Assembly (NCBI RefSeq): GCF_000013905.1
Contig: NC_007969.1
Span: forward strand, 1,800,001-1,832,000
Direction of reading: 5' to 3'
DNA from: Psychrobacter cryohalolentis K5
Lineage (GTDB): Bacteria > Pseudomonadota > Gammaproteobacteria > Pseudomonadales > Moraxellaceae
Length of the DNA: 32,000 nucleotides
Shown: positions 1 to 10,012 of the stretch, one piece after another
Layout of the letters: every line of letters starts with the position of its first letter
Numbering within the stretch: the first letter of the stretch is position 1
Translations under genes and position numbers: made by a program
Notes under the pieces: generated by a model
What the model was told of the DNA's origin: nothing
Databases searched by the model: none
Seen by the model: the letters and a program-made list of their open reading frames with translations, nothing else

Positions 1-2
1 TA

Positions 3-956
3 GAAGCGAAGATATTTAGCATCAATGAGCAGCATAATAAACGTGCAGAGCAGCGTGGACCTGTCGGTATTACTGCCGTATTGACCAATGTCATTGATAA
101 AATCCAAGAGCTCAAATCAAATCCAGATGGCATGATTGGACTACAAACCCCATTTGTTGAGCTCAATAATAAAACCCAAGGCTTGCAAGCAGGCGATTTA
201 GTCATTGTGGCTGCGCGTCCATCAATGGGTAAAACCACCTTTGCGATGAACTTAGCAGAAGGGATTTTATTTAATGAAGATTTGCCTGTAGTGGTATTTT
301 CGATGGAAATGCCCGCAGAATCTATCGTGATGCGTTTGCTATCATCTTGGGGCGCAATCAACCAAACACATCTGCGTTCTGGGCAAATGAATGAAGATGA
401 ATGGGCAAAAATGATGAACGCCATTCAGCATTTGCAGTCAAAGCATCTATATATTGATGACAGTACTGCCCTGCCACCCTCTGAGCTGCGTTCACGCTGC
501 CGCCGTATTGCCAAAAATCATGATGGCAAACTTGGCGCTATCATTGTCGATTATCTACAATTAATGAAAGTACCCGGTCTAGATGGCAACCGTGTTGGGG
601 AAATCTCTGAGATTTCTCGAAGTTTAAAAGCCCTAGCACGTGAGCTTGAATGTCCAGTTATCGCCTTGTCGCAGCTTAACCGTAGTCTAGAAAATCGTCC
701 TAACAAACGTCCTATTATGTCGGATCTGCGTGAATCTGGTGCGATTGAGCAGGATGCCGACTTGATTATGTTCATCTATCGTGATGAGGTTTATAATGAA
801 AACTCAGACCACAAAGGTGTGGCTGAAATCATTATTGGTAAGCAGCGTAACGGCCCTATCGGCACCATACGTTTGGGTTTTGAAGGACAATTTACCCGCT
901 TTATCAATTTGACGCCAGAATACTATCAAAATGTCAGTTTTGAGAACGACGAATAA
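3..956 (+). CDS. dnaB: Replicative DNA helicase DnaB, C-terminal RecA-like domain (5' end lies upstream of the window)
   Basis: The frame is open from base 3 (EAKIFSINEQ...), so the TTG at 81 in the ORF track is internal. Walker A ARPSMGKTT, Walker B IIVDYLQLM, and the SQLNR and GKQRNGPIG motifs are typical of DnaB. It is followed by alr, as in many gammaproteobacteria. Confidence 0.95.
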   Translation, partial: EAKIFSINEQHNKRAEQRGPVGITAVLTNVIDKIQELKSNPDGMIGLQTPFVELNNKTQGLQAGDLVIVAARPSMGKTTFAMNLAEGILFNEDLPVVVFSMEMPAESIVMRLLSSWGAINQTHLRSGQMNEDEWAKMMNAIQHLQSKHLYIDDSTALPPSELRSRCRRIAKNHDGKLGAIIVDYLQLMKVPGLDGNRVGEISEISRSLKALARELECPVIALSQLNRSLENRPNKRPIMSDLRESGAIEQDADLIMFIYRDEVYNENSDHKGVAEIIIGKQRNGPIGTIRLGFEGQFTRFINLTPEYYQNVSFENDE

Positions 957-1083
957 TAAAACTGACAGATAATTACTCATCAAAATTGCTCATAAAAATG
1001 GCCAGTGACTCATCAACTCAATTGATGAATTACTGGCTTTATAAATTTATTCCTTCATAACTTTGCTAAATAAGAAGCTTATT

Positions 1084-2190
1084 ATGCGCACAATTACGAT
1101 CAAGCCTGCCGCCATTACTCATAATCTTAATCAAGTAAAAGCGTTAGCACCAAAATCTAACGTCCTTGCGATGGTAAAAGCCAATGCCTATGGACATGGC
1201 GTCGCCGCCGTCCTACCAGCGTTACAGCAAGCAGATGGTATCGGGGTCGCTACTTTAAGAGAAGCGTTAGAAGCACGGCAATTGGGCTGGGATAAAACCA
1301 TTGGTCTTATTGAAGGGGCCTTTACTGTTGATGAGTGGCAACAAGCCATTGAGCATGATATCAGTTGCGTGATTCATCATGCGCCGCAATTGGACTGGGC
1401 ATTAGAGCAAATACCACCTGTTGATAGCGCCACTAGAATGGTTTGGATAAAGTACAACACGGGTATGAATCGTTTAGGTTTTAATAACCAAACGCTTAGT
1501 TCAGCCGCAAAATCTCTGCATGATGCTGGCTATCAGCTGATTTTGACCACCCATTTTGCCAATGCCGACAATCAAGATCACCCATTAAATGCCATACAAA
1601 TCCAGCGTTTTAATGACATGCTAAGTACTTTACGACAAACAGTCAGTACTAATATTAAAGGATCGTTGTGCAACTCTGCTGGTATCGTTAATTTCCCAGA
1701 GCATCATCATGATTGGGTACGTCCAGGCATTATGTTATATGGCAGTGCGCCTGTTATCGACCAAAGCGCGTATACGCTAAATTTGCAGCCAGCTATGGAA
1801 TTTAGCGCACAAATTATTGCCTTGCAGACCGTACAAGCTGGCGACGCCATCGGTTATGGCAGCCGCTGGATAGCCCAGCAAGATGTTAAAACAGCTCTCG
1901 TTAGTATTGGTTATGGTGATGGATATCCCCGCGTTGTCAATGGGGATGCTTATGTTTCAGTCATTGACGCCGTAAATCAGCAACGCTACTCATGTGCAGT
2001 GATTGGGCGTGTCGCAATGGATATGATTGTCATCGATGTGAGCGCTGTACCAGAGAGTAGCGCTTTAAATAGCAAGGTCATACTATGGGGTGATGCGCCG
2101 CATGTTGATGAAGTTGCCACCCATGCTGATACGATTGGCTATGAGCTATTGTGTCGTCTAAGCGTACGCCCAAATCGTATACAGATGTAA
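1084..2190 (+). CDS. alr: Alanine racemase
   Basis: PLP-lysine motif AMVKANAYGHG near the N-terminus, plus the YGDGYPR and GRVAMDM motifs. ATG at 1084 (MRTITIKP) is preferred over the TTG at 1063 used in the ORF track. Confidence 0.93.
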   Translation: MRTITIKPAAITHNLNQVKALAPKSNVLAMVKANAYGHGVAAVLPALQQADGIGVATLREALEARQLGWDKTIGLIEGAFTVDEWQQAIEHDISCVIHHAPQLDWALEQIPPVDSATRMVWIKYNTGMNRLGFNNQTLSSAAKSLHDAGYQLILTTHFANADNQDHPLNAIQIQRFNDMLSTLRQTVSTNIKGSLCNSAGIVNFPEHHHDWVRPGIMLYGSAPVIDQSAYTLNLQPAMEFSAQIIALQTVQAGDAIGYGSRWIAQQDVKTALVSIGYGDGYPRVVNGDAYVSVIDAVNQQRYSCAVIGRVAMDMIVIDVSAVPESSALNSKVILWGDAPHVDEVATHADTIGYELLCRLSVRPNRIQM

Positions 2191-2258
2191 TCGCCATGTC
2201 AGATAATGTCTCATCGAATGCAGCTTTGCATGACTGATAAATCATGGCAAATTGGATA

Positions 2259-2286
2259 TTTACATTGAGAGTAATTGCGCTATACT
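2259..2286 (+). promoter_or_regulatory. Candidate sigma70 promoter for argF (-35 TTTACA, 16-nt spacer, -10 TATACT)
   Basis: Hexamers read directly at 2259-2264 and 2281-2286, about 100 nt upstream of the argF ATG. There is no experimental support. Confidence 0.3.
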
Positions 2287-2384
2287 AAAAGTTTGTTGTC
2301 ATTCCAGTATACGCATTGACGCGATATCATTGCCGGCTGATAACGTATCATTTTCATTGACTTTGTTCGACTGCTAGGATTGCT

Positions 2385-3302
2385 ATGAGTTTGCGCCATT
2401 TTTTGACCTTATCTGATTTAACCAAACAAGAACTAGAAAATCTTATCAAACGCGCCAGCGAATTGCGTCATATGCAACATGCAGGCGAGATATACCAGCC
2501 CTTTGTTGGTCGTACGCTCGGTATGATATTTGAGAAATCATCCACCCGCACGCGTATCTCGTTTGAAACCGGCATGGGACAGTTTGGTGGTAGCGCTATC
2601 TTCTTATCGCCAAATGATACCCAACTTGGACGCGGTGAGCCAATTGAGGATTCCGCGCGCGTTATCTCTAGCATGGTCGATATCATTATGATTCGCACCT
2701 TTGGTCATGAAAAAGTCGAAACCTTTGCAAAATACTCAAGCGTACCAATCATTAATGCCTTAACGGATGAATTTCATCCATGCCAGCTATTAGCTGATAT
2801 GCAAACTTACTACGAGCATCGCGGTAGTATCGAAAATAAAATCGTCACTTGGGTCGGTGATGGCAACAATATGTGTGCATCCTACATGCAAGCTGCCAAT
2901 CAGTTTGGCTTTGAGCTACGAGTAGCCGCGCCTTATGGCTTTGAGCCTGACCCTGAGCTGATGAAACGCTTCTCACATTGCGTGAGTATCGTTGAAAACG
3001 TACAAGAAGCGGCAAAAGACTCTCACTTAATTGTCACTGATGTGTGGGCAAGCATGGGTCAAGAGTCTGAACAAAACACGCGTGCGCGTCGTTTTTCCTC
3101 TTATCAAGTGACACCATCACTGCTAGATAAAGCCGATTCTGAAGTAGTCTTTATGCACTGTTTGCCAGCGCATCGTGGTGAGGAGATCTCTCATGATATG
3201 TTAGATGACCCACGCTCAGTGGTATGGGATGAGGCTGAAAACCGTTTACATGCGCAAAAAGCCTTGATGGAGTTTTTGCTAAAAGACAAAATCAAAATAT
3301 AG
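2385..3302 (+). CDS. argF: Ornithine carbamoyltransferase (anabolic type)
   Basis: STRTR carbamoyl-phosphate motif, HPCQ, VWASMG and [10 protein letters not shown] motifs. Length is 305 aa. Confidence 0.95.
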   Translation: MSLRHFLTLSDLTKQELENLIKRASELRHMQHAGEIYQPFVGRTLGMIFEKSSTRTRISFETGMGQFGGSAIFLSPNDTQLGRGEPIEDSARVISSMVDIIMIRTFGHEKVETFAKYSSVPIINALTDEFHPCQLLADMQTYYEHRGSIENKIVTWVGDGNNMCASYMQAANQFGFELRVAAPYGFEPDPELMKRFSHCVSIVENVQEAAKDSHLIVTDVWASMGQESEQNTRARRFSSYQVTPSLLDKADSEVVFMHCLPAHRGEEISHDMLDDPRSVVWDEAENRLHAQKALMEFLLKDKIKI

Positions 3303-3342
3303 GTACCATTTTTCAAAAGCTATTTATACAGTCATAAATATC

Positions 3343-3380
3343 AAAAAGGCAGAGCACATAACTTGTGCTCTGCCTTTTTT
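3343..3380. terminator. Bidirectional rho-independent terminator between convergent argF and rpiA
   Basis: An 11-bp stem ggcagagcaca / tgtgctctgcc with a 5-nt loop, flanked by an A5 run and a T6 run. Confidence 0.85.
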
Positions 3381-3426
3381 AATATGTGATAACCAAGTTA
3401 GTGTCTAATAGACAAGCGCTTATTGA

Positions 3427-4089
3427 TTATCGAGTCAGCACTTCAACCCCATTACTGCTGGCTTTTAACAACACATCGGCTTGATTGGCAGCAAAGATAC
3501 CATTACAGACCACACCGACGATATTATTAAGCTGCTGTTCAAGTGCTATTGGATTACTGACATCTAAATCATAAGTATCCAAAATCACATTGCCATAATC
3601 GGTGACAAAGTCTTCACGATAAACAGGCTCACCGCCCATTTTGGCCAACTCGCGCGCCACATATGAGCGGGCTTGTGGCAATACCTCTATCGGCACTGGG
3701 AATTCGCGCCCTAGTATCTCGACACTTTTACTGGCGTCAACCATACAAACAAATTTGTTCGATGCCGCGGCAACGATTTTTTCACGCGTGAGCGCACCAC
3801 CGCCACCTTTAATCAGTTGCAAATGCGCGTTTACTTCATCAGCACCATCAATATATACATCGAGCTGACCGGCAAAATTTAAGTCAACAATTTCGATACC
3901 AAGTGCACGCAATCTATCTTCTGTCACCTGTGAACTTGCAACTGCGCCAGCGAGCTTTACTGTTGGTAATAACTCAATCAGACAGTTCACTGTACTTCCT
4001 GTCCCTACGCCAAGTATCATATCATCTTCGATATAGCGTAAGGCGGCGCGGGCGGCGGCTTGCTTTTGTGCTTGCTGATCACTCATCAT
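3427..4089 (-). CDS. rpiA: Ribose-5-phosphate isomerase A
   Basis: GVGTGST, DGADEV and [11 protein letters not shown] motifs. Length is 220 aa. Confidence 0.95.
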   Translation of the reverse strand: MMSDQQAQKQAAARAALRYIEDDMILGVGTGSTVNCLIELLPTVKLAGAVASSQVTEDRLRALGIEIVDLNFAGQLDVYIDGADEVNAHLQLIKGGGGALTREKIVAAASNKFVCMVDASKSVEILGREFPVPIEVLPQARSYVARELAKMGGEPVYREDFVTDYGNVILDTYDLDVSNPIALEQQLNNIVGVVCNGIFAANQADVLLKASSNGVEVLTR

Positions 4090-4232
4090 AAGTCCTTGGC
4101 AAAATAAACGTATCGCTTTAAAAAAAGTAAAGGGTAAAAGAGGTAAAATGCGCCGCTATTATAACCGATGAATTTGATGGATGTCAGCGTAATAGCACCT
4201 CTAATAATAAGATATGACGTTAATTTTTACGA

Positions 4233-5543
4233 CTAAGACAAATAGGGCAACCAAAATACTAAAGCTAATAAGGTGACTAATAACACTGGCGGGGTGATAA
4301 TCAAACCAATTTTCATATACTGCCCCCAGCTGATTTTATAATCTTTTTCTGCCAATACATGCAGCCATAGTAAAGTCGCAAGACTGCCCATAGGCGTAAA
4401 TTTGGGTCCTAAATCATTGCCAATAACATTGGCATAAATCATCAGCTCACGAGTGGCGGTCGGTACTTGGGCGCTATCAATCGCTAGTGCGCCTATCAAG
4501 GTAGAGGGCATGTTATTCATAATAGATGCCACGATAGCGGAGAGGAATCCTGTGCCCAAGGTTGCTATTAGGGTTCCTTGTTGCCCTAACCAATTCAAGA
4601 TTTGAGCGCCGTAGGCAGTCAATCCTGCATTGCCCAAACCGTAAACAACCAAGTACATACCGATAGAAAATAAAACAATCTGCCAAGGTGCTTTACGGAC
4701 AATTTCAGGCACGGACATCACCGCCCCACGACCGCCTTGCCAAAATCGCCCTGCAATCGCCATGAGCAGTAATGCAGCTGCGCCAGTAACGAGCGAGATA
4801 GGAATACCAAGCGACTCTGTCGCAAAATAAGCGACAAGCAACAAAGCCAGTAGCGGAAAGGCAGCTTTAAAAACCAAGGTGTCTTCGATCGCTGACTCAG
4901 GTGCACTAAGGTCCGCCATCGAGTAGTGTGTTGGAATGTGGCATGCATAAAATATCCATAGCACCACTAGCGTCGCTAGTACAGAGACAATATTGACCGG
5001 TACCATAACCGCAGCATAACGTCCAAAACCAATATCAAAGTAGTTAGCACTAACGATATTAACGAGGTTAGATGTGACCAATGGCAAACTTGCAGTATCA
5101 GCAATAAAACCAGTCGCTATGATAAATGCCAATGCAGATGGCGGCGAAAAATTTAACCGTAATAAAATCGCAATCACAATCGGGGTCAGTAATAATACCG
5201 CCCCATCATTGGCAAAAAACGCAGAAATAAAAGCGCCTAATATCACAATCATAGGGAACAATAGACGCCCTTGTCCATTACCCAATCTCGCTACATGCAA
5301 TGCTGCCCAAGCAAAAAACCCAGCCTTATCTAAGATAAGAGAGATGATAATCAGGGCGACAAAGGTAAAGGTAGCATCCCAAACGATGTCCCACACGACA
5401 CCGACATCAGATAATTGCACCACACCAAAAGCTAGGGCGACCAACGCCCCGCCCATCGCACTCCAACCAATGCCCAAACCTTTAGGTTGCCATATTACTA
5501 GCCCTAAAGTAACGATAAAAATAATCAATGCGAGCATGAGCAA
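4233..5543 (-). CDS. arsB: Arsenite efflux permease ArsB
   Basis: The N-terminus [29 protein letters not shown] is nearly colinear with my recollection of E. coli ArsB ([28 protein letters not shown]). It is a 436-aa polytopic membrane protein at the last position of an ars operon. Confidence 0.9.
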   Translation of the reverse strand: MLMLALIIFIVTLGLVIWQPKGLGIGWSAMGGALVALAFGVVQLSDVGVVWDIVWDATFTFVALIIISLILDKAGFFAWAALHVARLGNGQGRLLFPMIVILGAFISAFFANDGAVLLLTPIVIAILLRLNFSPPSALAFIIATGFIADTASLPLVTSNLVNIVSANYFDIGFGRYAAVMVPVNIVSVLATLVVLWIFYACHIPTHYSMADLSAPESAIEDTLVFKAAFPLLALLLVAYFATESLGIPISLVTGAAALLLMAIAGRFWQGGRGAVMSVPEIVRKAPWQIVLFSIGMYLVVYGLGNAGLTAYGAQILNWLGQQGTLIATLGTGFLSAIVASIMNNMPSTLIGALAIDSAQVPTATRELMIYANVIGNDLGPKFTPMGSLATLLWLHVLAEKDYKISWGQYMKIGLIITPPVLLVTLLALVFWLPYLS

Positions 5544-5588
5544 CCTTAATTAAGCAGACTTACTTAAGAAAACTTAGTGACATTTATT

Positions 5589-5614
5589 CAAGTAGGCTTC
5601 ATGAAGCCTACTTG
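5589..5614. repeat. Perfect 26-nt palindrome (13+13) in the arsH-arsB intergenic spacer
   Basis: caagtaggcttca / tgaagcctacttg read directly. It is not followed by a U-run on the operon (minus) strand. Confidence 0.8.
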
Positions 5615-5674
5615 ATTTAGCCTATTTTATTGAATAAGTATCCAATCGATATTAGGTCAATTTAGAATTAAAAA

Positions 5675-6421
5675 TTAAATCGATTTTTGATTAACGCGTT
5701 TTGATACTTCTTCAGCACTTTCAACCCGTTCAGAATAGCGATCAGTCAGATAGGCTGAGCGGCCACGAGTAAGCCACGTGAACTTCACTAACTCCTCACA
5801 AACATCAACAAGGCGCAGATATAAAGGCGATTTATCCATGCGATTATCATCGTTAAATTCCAAAAAGGCTTTTGGAATAGACGACTGATTTGGGATAGTA
5901 ATCATGCGCATCCAGCGCCCAAGAATACGCAGCTGATTGACCGTATTAAAGCTTTGACTACCTCCGCTGACTTGCATTATCGCTAAAGTCTTGCCTTGGG
6001 TTGGTCGGACGCCACCCAATGACAGCGGGATCCAATCTATTTGCGCTTTCATGATACTGGTCATACTTCCGTGACGTTCGGGACTGACCCACAGCATACC
6101 CTCTGACCACTGCGCAAGCTCACGCAGCTCTTGCACTTTAGGATGGTCTGCATCAACAGCATCCGGTAATGGCAAGCCAGATGGATCAAACATCTTCACC
6201 TCACAACCATACCAGCGCAATAGACGACTCGCCTCCTCGGCTGCTAGCTTTGAAAAGGAACGCGTGCGCAATGAGCCGTATAACACCAGTATTTTTGGCG
6301 CATGGCGTGGGTCATTTGCGCCTATTAAAGACTCAATATCGATAGGATGAATAAGACTTGAATCAACATTAGGCAAATTATCTAAATCGACCACATTCAA
6401 ATCTGCTGTATTATTTGCCAT
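5675..6421 (-). CDS. arsH: ArsH, NADPH-dependent FMN reductase family
   Basis: Flavodoxin-like motif [15 protein letters not shown], 248 aa, embedded between arsC and arsB. Its start overlaps the arsC stop by 11 nt. Confidence 0.85.
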   Translation of the reverse strand: MANNTADLNVVDLDNLPNVDSSLIHPIDIESLIGANDPRHAPKILVLYGSLRTRSFSKLAAEEASRLLRWYGCEVKMFDPSGLPLPDAVDADHPKVQELRELAQWSEGMLWVSPERHGSMTSIMKAQIDWIPLSLGGVRPTQGKTLAIMQVSGGSQSFNTVNQLRILGRWMRMITIPNQSSIPKAFLEFNDDNRMDKSPLYLRLVDVCEELVKFTWLTRGRSAYLTDRYSERVESAEEVSKRVNQKSI

Positions 6422-6815
6422 GATAAATCACTTCCCCATCTTCCTTAGTGAAGCTACTCACGGGGTTCTCCAGTAACTCAAACACTCGCTCCGATGGTCG
6501 GCACAATGCTGCGCCCTTATCTGTGACTACGATAGGCCGATTGATTAAGATAGGATGGTCAATCATGGCATCGATAATCTCATCATCAGATAGCGCAGGG
6601 TTGTCTAGACCCAGCTCATCATTAATCGATTCTTTACTGCGTAACAGCTCTCGTGGTGAGAGAGCCATTTTTGCCAACAGCTCAACCAAATACTCGCGAC
6701 TCGGCGGTGTTTTAAGGTATTCAATCACCTCTGGATTATCCCCTGACGCTTGCATAATGGCTAAGGTATTACGAGAAGTACCGCATTTTGGGTTGTGAAA
6801 AATCAAAGATGTCAT
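6411..6815 (-). CDS. arsC: Arsenate reductase, glutaredoxin-coupled (R773 type)
   Basis: Catalytic loop [22 protein letters not shown] and CRPSE motifs. Length is 134 aa. Confidence 0.9.
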   Translation of the reverse strand: MTSLIFHNPKCGTSRNTLAIMQASGDNPEVIEYLKTPPSREYLVELLAKMALSPRELLRSKESINDELGLDNPALSDDEIIDAMIDHPILINRPIVVTDKGAALCRPSERVFELLENPVSSFTKEDGEVIYHGK

Positions 6816-6873
6816 CGTAATCTCACCTATTTTTTATGAATATAGAATTGGGATGTTTTTGATTGATAGCAGT

Positions 6874-7263
6874 TTAACAATGGGGGTGGTTTTCAACATC
6901 ATCCAGCTCATTAATGCCACCGCGACTATCGGTTGAACAACCATTTAAATTATTAACAAGAGCCGCACACAGCTCTGGATGTCCAGAGCAGCAATCTTGT
7001 AATAAAAACTCAATGACGGTCTGCATATGTGATAAAGAAGCACGATAGATAATCTGGCGACTTTGGCGCTCTGATATCACCCATCCTGCTCGTGCCAGCA
7101 CCGAAAGATGTGTGGACATCGTATTATGTGGTACAGACAGTTGGCGCGCAATTTCACCCGCAGGTAATCCTAAAGGCTCGTGACTGACTAGCAGTCGAAA
7201 TGCCTTTAAACGAGTTTCTTGTGAGAGGGCGGCAAAACTTATGATAACTTGAGTCATTTCCAT
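6874..7263 (-). CDS. arsR: ArsR/SmtB family metalloregulator
   Basis: Winged-HTH core (LPAGEIARQLSVPHNTMSTHLSVLARAGWV), first gene of the ars operon, with a C-terminal Cys cluster DCCSGHPELC. Confidence 0.85.
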   Translation of the reverse strand: MEMTQVIISFAALSQETRLKAFRLLVSHEPLGLPAGEIARQLSVPHNTMSTHLSVLARAGWVISERQSRQIIYRASLSHMQTVIEFLLQDCCSGHPELCAALVNNLNGCSTDSRGGINELDDVENHPHC

Positions 7264-7301
7264 ATGTCCAATAATACAGACATATGGAAATGACTCAAGT
7301 T
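7246..7301. promoter_or_regulatory. Perfect 23-bp inverted repeat (10-nt spacer) spanning the arsR start codon; candidate ArsR operator with embedded divergent promoter elements
   Basis: Arms aacttgagtcatttccatatgtc (7246-7268) and gacatatggaaatgactcaagtt (7279-7301) are exact reverse complements. On the minus strand TTGAGT (7298-7293), a 16-nt spacer, TATTAT (7276-7271), 7 nt, then the arsR ATG (7263). Confidence 0.6.
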
Positions 7302-7540
7302 GTTTTTGGATAAATAAGCAAAAAAAAGCAGTACTTGCTCTAATTTATCTTTGTTTGATGAGCATCAACGACCAAACCGCCGCAAAAACTGTAATTGTGT
7401 CTTGCAACATGTTTAAAATCAGCATAGGCTAATCTATTTGATTTTTATCATTCTCTGCATTTTTTGTCGCTGATAGCGACTCGCTTGTTTACTTATAATT
7501 CACCGCACTTTTTCATACATACTCTAGTTTAGGAATCATT

Positions 7541-9094
7541 ATGCTGTCACATTGGGTACGAGCCATCTTGCAAGCCACCGTCTATGACGTTGCTATTCAA
7601 ACACCACTTGAAGCGGCACCCAAACTGACCCAACGTTTTACTAATGACATTCGTTTTAAACGTGAAGACCTGCAACCGGTAAAGTCCTTTAAACTGCGCG
7701 GCGCTTATAACCGCATTAGCCAATTAAATGATGAGCAAAAAGCACGTGGCGTGATTTGCGCATCGGCAGGTAACCATGCCCAAGGGGTTGCCTACTCTGC
7801 TCGTAAACTTGCTCTTAATAACATTATCGTTATGCCAACTACTACTCCTGATATCAAAGTAGATGCCGTCAGAGCACTTGGCGGCAATGTCGACTTGTAC
7901 GGTGATAGCTTTGATGAAGCCAATCGCTATGCCATTGATCGCGCTGAGCGTGAAGGTCTGACTTTTATCCCACCATATGATGATGAGCTGGTGATTGCTG
8001 GACAAGGTACCATCGGGCTTGAGCTCACCCAGCAATGGCGCAATATGGATTACGTTTTTGTAGCAGTTGGTGGTGGTGGTCTGATTTCTGGCGTCGCTGC
8101 ATTTTTGGGCGAAGTTGCCCCGCATGTCAAAGTCATCGCTGTAGAAGCCGACCAATCAGCGTCACTAAAAGCGGCGCTTGAAGCCAATGAGCGAGTCAAA
8201 CTTGAACAAGTAGGACTGTTCGTCGATGGTGTGGCAGTTGCCCAAATCGGCGAATTACCGTTTGATATTGTTCGTATGCAGAAGAGCGATAAGTCCGGTC
8301 CTGTCGTCGATCCTGAAGTCGTCACTTGTACCAATGATGAAGTTTGCGCTGCTGTCAAAGATATCTTTGAAGAGAACCGTAGTATCGTTGAGCCTGCTGG
8401 CGCGCTGCCAGTTGCTGGTATGAAAAAATACATCGAGGCTCATAACCTACAAGGCAAAAACTGCGTCGCCATCATTTGCGGTGCTAATATGAATTTTGAT
8501 CGCTTGCGCTACATCGCTGAGCGTACTGAGATTGGTGAGAAAAAAGAAGCCATCTTTGGCGTAACGATCCCTGAGCAGACTGGCGCTTTCTTAAACTTCT
8601 GTCGTAGCCTACACGGTCGTAATATTACTGAGTTTAATTACCGTGCTGATAGTAAAAAATCACCTGATTCTATGGAACCTGCGGCGATATTCGTTGGGAT
8701 TGCATTAAAAGAAGGTGACAAAGAGCGTCAAACCATCCGTACGCAATTGGTAGCTGATGGCTATACAGCACACGACTTGACCGATGACGATGTCGCCAAA
8801 TCCCATATCCGCCATCTGATTGGTGGCCATGCGCATGTTGAAAATGAGCAATTATTACAAGTCACTTTCCCAGAACGTCCAGGTGCTTTATTGACCTTTT
8901 TAGAAAAATTGGGTGACGATTTTAATATTACCTTGTTTCATTATCGCAATCATGGCGCTGCTGAAGGTCGAGTATTGGTCGGTTTACAAGCTTCTGAGGG
9001 TAACTCTCGCCAGCTACAAGATGCGCTGCTCGATATCGGTTACGACTGCACCATGCTTAATGATAATGTTGGTTATCAGTTGTTTTTGAAATAA
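7541..9094 (+). CDS. ilvA: Biosynthetic threonine dehydratase (threonine ammonia-lyase)
   Basis: PLP-lysine motif SFKLRGAYN and glycine loop GGGGLISG. The 517-aa length with a duplicated C-terminal ACT-like regulatory region is typical of IlvA. Confidence 0.95.
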   Translation: MLSHWVRAILQATVYDVAIQTPLEAAPKLTQRFTNDIRFKREDLQPVKSFKLRGAYNRISQLNDEQKARGVICASAGNHAQGVAYSARKLALNNIIVMPTTTPDIKVDAVRALGGNVDLYGDSFDEANRYAIDRAEREGLTFIPPYDDELVIAGQGTIGLELTQQWRNMDYVFVAVGGGGLISGVAAFLGEVAPHVKVIAVEADQSASLKAALEANERVKLEQVGLFVDGVAVAQIGELPFDIVRMQKSDKSGPVVDPEVVTCTNDEVCAAVKDIFEENRSIVEPAGALPVAGMKKYIEAHNLQGKNCVAIICGANMNFDRLRYIAERTEIGEKKEAIFGVTIPEQTGAFLNFCRSLHGRNITEFNYRADSKKSPDSMEPAAIFVGIALKEGDKERQTIRTQLVADGYTAHDLTDDDVAKSHIRHLIGGHAHVENEQLLQVTFPERPGALLTFLEKLGDDFNITLFHYRNHGAAEGRVLVGLQASEGNSRQLQDALLDIGYDCTMLNDNVGYQLFLK

Positions 9095-9346
9095 AACTAA
9101 ACATAGACTATCAATTCATCAGTGGCCGAAAGCATTGCTCCCAAATGACATAATGCACAGAAGCCACTTAAATCTTATAGCACTGTCCTAATACAAAAAT
9201 GGATGATAACCATGACGGCATCCCCTGTGAACAGCAGTGGTGTCAATAACTTCAATGACAAAAACGATGTTAATCGCTCAATGCTCTTTTAATTATTAAA
9301 AATACCACCATTATAATCTTACGTTATTGATATCTATGAGGTTTTG

Positions 9347-9787
9347 ATGAGTAAACATAATAAAAACCACAATCAGCCCAGTCATAGCAATCCTGATGCT
9401 GTTCGTATGCGTCTTGATAAATGGTTATGGGCTGCACGCTTTTACCGCACTCGCACTCTTGCCAAAGAAGCCATCGAAAGCGGGCGCGTACATTACGCAG
9501 GTAGCCGCGCAAAGACCAGTAAAGAGATTACCGTTGGCGATGAATTGCAGATTCGTCAAGGATCAGCCACTGCCATGACTGAAAAGACAGTCGTTGTTGA
9601 AGCACTAACGGCGCAACGCGGTAACGCAACAGCAGCTGAAGTATTGTATTCAGAAACCGAAGAAAGCATCGCTCGCCGTGCCTATTATGCTGAGCAGCGT
9701 AAACTTGCCAACCTTGCCCGTCCAGACAACAAACCCAATAAAAAAGAGCGCCGTGATTTACATCGTTTTAAGAGCAATCAAGATTAG
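9347..9787 (+). CDS. hslR: Ribosome-associated heat shock protein Hsp15 (S4 RNA-binding domain)
   Basis: S4 motif MRLDKWLWAARFYRTRTLAKEAIESGRV and a basic C-terminal tail. GAGG lies 5 nt upstream of the ATG at 9347; the TTG at 9344 is also possible. Confidence 0.85.
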   Translation: MSKHNKNHNQPSHSNPDAVRMRLDKWLWAARFYRTRTLAKEAIESGRVHYAGSRAKTSKEITVGDELQIRQGSATAMTEKTVVVEALTAQRGNATAAEVLYSETEESIARRAYYAEQRKLANLARPDNKPNKKERRDLHRFKSNQD

Positions 9788-10012
9788 CTCTGTTGGTAAG
9801 ATCAGCAATAACATCGCCTCATCTTAAGTAATAATACGGCTAGCGGGTATGCATGAAGTGCTGACCCTATTGTTTACTCTCTGCCCTTGCCATTCAAGGT
9901 ATTAACCGTTACGCTATCACCCATTAACTTACACTCTATAGCATGCTTATAAATCACATCTCTAATGTTGATTTTGATAGCATGTTTTTTTATTGCGACA
10001 AAAGGTCATCAT

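Noticed and set aside
2229-2246. catgactgataaatcatg dyad upstream of argF, considered as an ARG box
   Set aside because: Only about 10 of 14 positions match the TGAATAATTATTCA core from memory. It is a single box rather than a tandem pair, and it lies upstream of, rather than overlapping, the best promoter candidate. That is insufficient to call.
5074-5553. 159-aa ORF on the plus strand
   Set aside because: It is entirely antisense to arsB, which has a near-colinear match to known ArsB. The product is low-complexity (Ala/Asn/Ile/Thr-rich), as expected from reading a membrane-protein gene backwards, and there is no RBS.
6448-6798. 116-aa ORF on the plus strand
   Set aside because: It is antisense to arsC, whose catalytic motifs are unambiguous. 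It is Ser-rich and has no start context.
7724-8433. Two minus-strand ORFs (143 aa and 127 aa) and two ~60-aa ORFs
   Set aside because: All lie inside ilvA on the opposite strand or in another frame. Their compositions are biased (Ser/Thr/Ala-rich) with no recognisable motifs.
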